From: Ostreococcus lucimarinus
Lineage: Eukaryota
Assembly: GCA_000092065.1 (NCBI GenBank)
Contig: CP000583.1
Direction: 5' to 3' (one strand)
Length of the DNA: 64,000 bases
Translations under genes and position numbers: made by a program
The notes under the pieces: model-generated
What the model was told of the DNA's origin: nothing
Database searches by the model: none
The model's input: only the letters and a program-made list of their open reading frames with translations
Part shown: one piece after another, positions 61,973 to 64,000 of the stretch
How the letters are laid out: every line of letters starts with the position of its first letter
How positions within the stretch are numbered: position 1 is the first letter of the stretch

Positions 61973-62129
61973 CGCCGATTGACAATTGAATGAACGAGTG
62001 AAACGAGTGATGACGACATGCATAATAACGATTATCTTTTATTCTCTACTAGATGGCTAAAAGAGATATGTGGTAACACGCTACGTAGGAATGTAAAGGT
62101 TTGAATGAAATGACTCGACCGTTGCCTTT

Positions 62130-62843
62130 TTATCGCCCGATGATACTCTGCGCCGCCACGTTGAGGCCCGAAAGTAGGGCGCCACCAGCACCATACACCG
62201 CTACAGCGCGAGGACCACTCATACTTTTGTAAAGTGCCCCTGCACCTCCGCCTGCGAATATGGAGCACAGGGAATCGTGCCGATTTTCCAAGTACGCCAT
62301 CGAGGCGCTTTCGAGAGCGGCGTAATACAAGCCGAGGCAACCCAAGGTGTTCCCCATCGATCGTCCTCTTTGACTTACGGCGTTGAGCATTCTATTCAAT
62401 CGCAACTTGGACGTGTCCAAAGCCGGTTCCGGTGCGGCTTTCATGCTCCCGTATAACCCCCACCCTCCGCCGGCGATGCTTCCACCGAGGTATCCAACCC
62501 CGGTCAGGTACGTCAGGTTTTCACTCCAGCTTCGCGTCTTCACCGTGCGCTCTTCATCGAATAAGAACTCAGGTGTATCCGATAACGCATAAATCGCCTT
62601 ATTCATCGACGGATCGAAAGGCCCACCCAATCCGCTATACGGATTGTACGCCCCGCTCGCCCCGCTCGGCAGCGCCAGGCTCTCCGCCGGCGCCCCGAAG
62701 TTTGGCTGCTCTATGTTCTCGTTCAGCGCGCTCGTCGTCACCGCGCCTCCGTTGGGTTCATCCAACGTCTTTGCCCCGCTCGATGACGCTTCGTTCTTGT
62801 TCTTTTCACCCCTTCGCACGCTCAACAAGTCTCGAAGACCCAT
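62130..62843 (-). CDS. TIM23: Mitochondrial inner-membrane translocase subunit TIM23 (Tim17/22/23 family)
   Basis: An N-terminal IMS region and the Tim17-family core (GVGYLGGSIAGGGWGLYGS...MGNTLGCLGLYYAALES...GAGGALLSG). ATG at 62843. Confidence 0.7.
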   Translation of the reverse strand: MGLRDLLSVRRGEKNKNEASSSGAKTLDEPNGGAVTTSALNENIEQPNFGAPAESLALPSGASGAYNPYSGLGGPFDPSMNKAIYALSDTPEFLFDEERTVKTRSWSENLTYLTGVGYLGGSIAGGGWGLYGSMKAAPEPALDTSKLRLNRMLNAVSQRGRSMGNTLGCLGLYYAALESASMAYLENRHDSLCSIFAGGGAGALYKSMSGPRAVAVYGAGGALLSGLNVAAQSIIGR

Positions 62844-62942
62844 GATTCCACGCCAGACTCGCGATCGGCGCCGACGCGCGTCCGTCCTTTAATCGGTTTC
62901 CGTCGCGCGCGTCGGTCGCGTCGCGCGCGTCGGTCGCCGTTC

Positions 62943-63006
62943 GTCGCGTCGCGCGCGCGTTCGAGTCGCGCCTCGTCGCGTCGCGCGCGCGTTCGAGTCG
63001 CGCCTC
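62943..63006. repeat. Tandem duplication of a 32-bp GC-rich unit (CGTCGCGTCGCGCGCGCGTTCGAGTCGCGCCT x2)
   Basis: Seen directly in the sequence, inside a CpG-rich spacer upstream of TIM23. Confidence 0.8.
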
Positions 63007-63361
63007 GTCGCGGCTCGGCGCGCGTCGTCTTCAGACGACGAAAGATGTCGACGATGATTTTCCGCGCCCACCGCGAGGGTCTGGCGCTCGCGCGGGTTCG
63101 GTCCGCCCGGGCGCGACCTTTTCGGGACGGCGGCCCGCGTCGACTTTTACCGCGCGCAGAGGGCGACGCGGCGACGCGACCGCGACCGCGCGTCGACCGA
63201 GGGACGCCCGACCGCGGTCGGCGATGCGCGCGGTGGCGCCCGCGCCGAACGCGCGCGCGCGACGCGAGGCGACGACGCGGCGCGCGGGCGGTCGCCGCGC
63301 GCGATGGGGCGACGAGCGACGACCGCGCGCGAGTGCCGCGAGCGCGCGAACGGCGTGGACG

Positions 63362-64000
63362 ATGGGGATGAGTGAAAAGACATCGACGACGCGCGCGCGG
63401 CGATCGCGAGGAGACGGCGCGACGGAGACGCGAGCGCGGTGGACGTCGGCGCGCGCGGCGAACAAAGGGTGGGTGCTCTCCGAACGGGACTACCCCGAGG
63501 GAGAAGTGATCTTGGGGATCGAGATTCGATCGCATTCCATAAAAGCCGCACCAGTGGATACCGCGAACGCCGAGTTTCAGCGACCGGGGGTGTCGGTGCC
63601 GATCGAAGAATTCAACGAAGAAAGCTTGCGAGAGGCGCTCGAGAAGGTTAACAAACACTTTGGCTGGAGAGGGCCGGTGGGTGTAAGCTACACTCGTTTA
63701 GCCGTGCGCGCGCTCGGAGGCGTGCAAAAGGGAGAACAGCTGATGTCTAGGATGATTCCCGATTGGCAAGGACGAATCGCCATGATGATTCACACCGAGG
63801 CGGCGGCGTATGCGGAGATGTATTTCGGCCCAGGTCGCGAGAGCTCGGGCGTGGTGCTTGTGTGTACGCTCGGCAAAGGATTCGGTGCGGTGCTGTACAA
63901 ACGAGGTCAAAAAGTTCGAAACGCTGACTTCAAGCACATGACGTGGACGTACGAAAGGGAGCTCCAGAAATTACAAAAGACGTGGGGCTGGAGCGGCGTG
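63362..64000 (+). CDS. ROK/BadF-type sugar kinase-like protein (glucokinase-like), 5' part; continues past the window end
   Basis: Hand translation gives an open frame from ATG 63362 to base 64000. It has an Arg-rich presequence followed by VILGIEIRSHSIKAAPVD (like an ATP-binding phosphate-1 loop) and GVVLVCTLGKGFGAVLYKRG (like phosphate-2/adenosine). It is absent from the ORF track because no stop lies inside the window. Confidence 0.35.
   Translation, partial: MGMSEKTSTTRARRSRGDGATETRARWTSARAANKGWVLSERDYPEGEVILGIEIRSHSIKAAPVDTANAEFQRPGVSVPIEEFNEESLREALEKVNKHFGWRGPVGVSYTRLAVRALGGVQKGEQLMSRMIPDWQGRIAMMIHTEAAAYAEMYFGPGRESSGVVLVCTLGKGFGAVLYKRGQKVRNADFKHMTWTYERELQKLQKTWGWSGV

Overview
The window is a very gene-dense nuclear segment of a GC-rich eukaryote, with about 55 protein-coding genes in 64 kb. 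Intergenic spacers are mostly under 500 bp, and most genes have no introns or a single intron. There are no rRNA, tRNA or CRISPR features. Many of the genes are recognisable eukaryotic housekeeping genes. Several others are of bacterial or organellar origin. From the 5' end the housekeeping genes include CCT5, NSF, FHIT, IST1, mitochondrial G3P dehydrogenase, RPL7, ABCF, PRP19, RecQ, COPE, a TPT phosphate translocator, GyrB, SDHAF3, TOM22, WDR92, Msp1/ATAD1, Dus, Vps34, HEI10 and TIM23. The bacterial or organellar set comprises a radical SAM/Cys-rich ArsS-like protein, GyrB, a stand-alone REC domain protein, a Rho-N domain protein, DUF1995 and the plastid-type TPT. These carry N-terminal Arg/Ala/Ser-rich presequences. 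The large long ORFs on opposite strands or alternative frames are Arg-rich translations of GC-rich DNA and are not called as genes. Reading the sequence reveals a recurring intron architecture: donor GTGCG, branch CTGAC 20-40 nt before a CAG acceptor, and a strong bias towards the 5' end of the gene. Recognising it rescues the missing N-termini of NSF, TPT, PRP19, COPE, RPL7, an Stm1/SERBP1-like RGG protein and HEI10. The Vps34 gene breaks this pattern. It has seven tiny (55-112 bp) AT-rich introns with GTACGT or GTGAGT donors and lies in a lower-GC stretch at the 3' end of the window. Other notable features are a duplicated ~80-bp element with an 18-bp motif flanking a mucin-like EGF gene, and (CGAT)n microsatellites and tandem repeats in divergent promoters. 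There are also head-to-head gene pairs with start codons under 100 bp apart, and TGTAA motifs after stop codons, including a palindromic TGTAATATTACA shared by two convergent genes. The gene content fits a flagellated green alga, possibly a prasinophyte; this is inference only. Many ORF-track starts are GTG/TTG placeholders, so stated start codons are first in-frame ATGs. Coordinates may be off by +/-1 because they were worked out by hand from the printed sequence.
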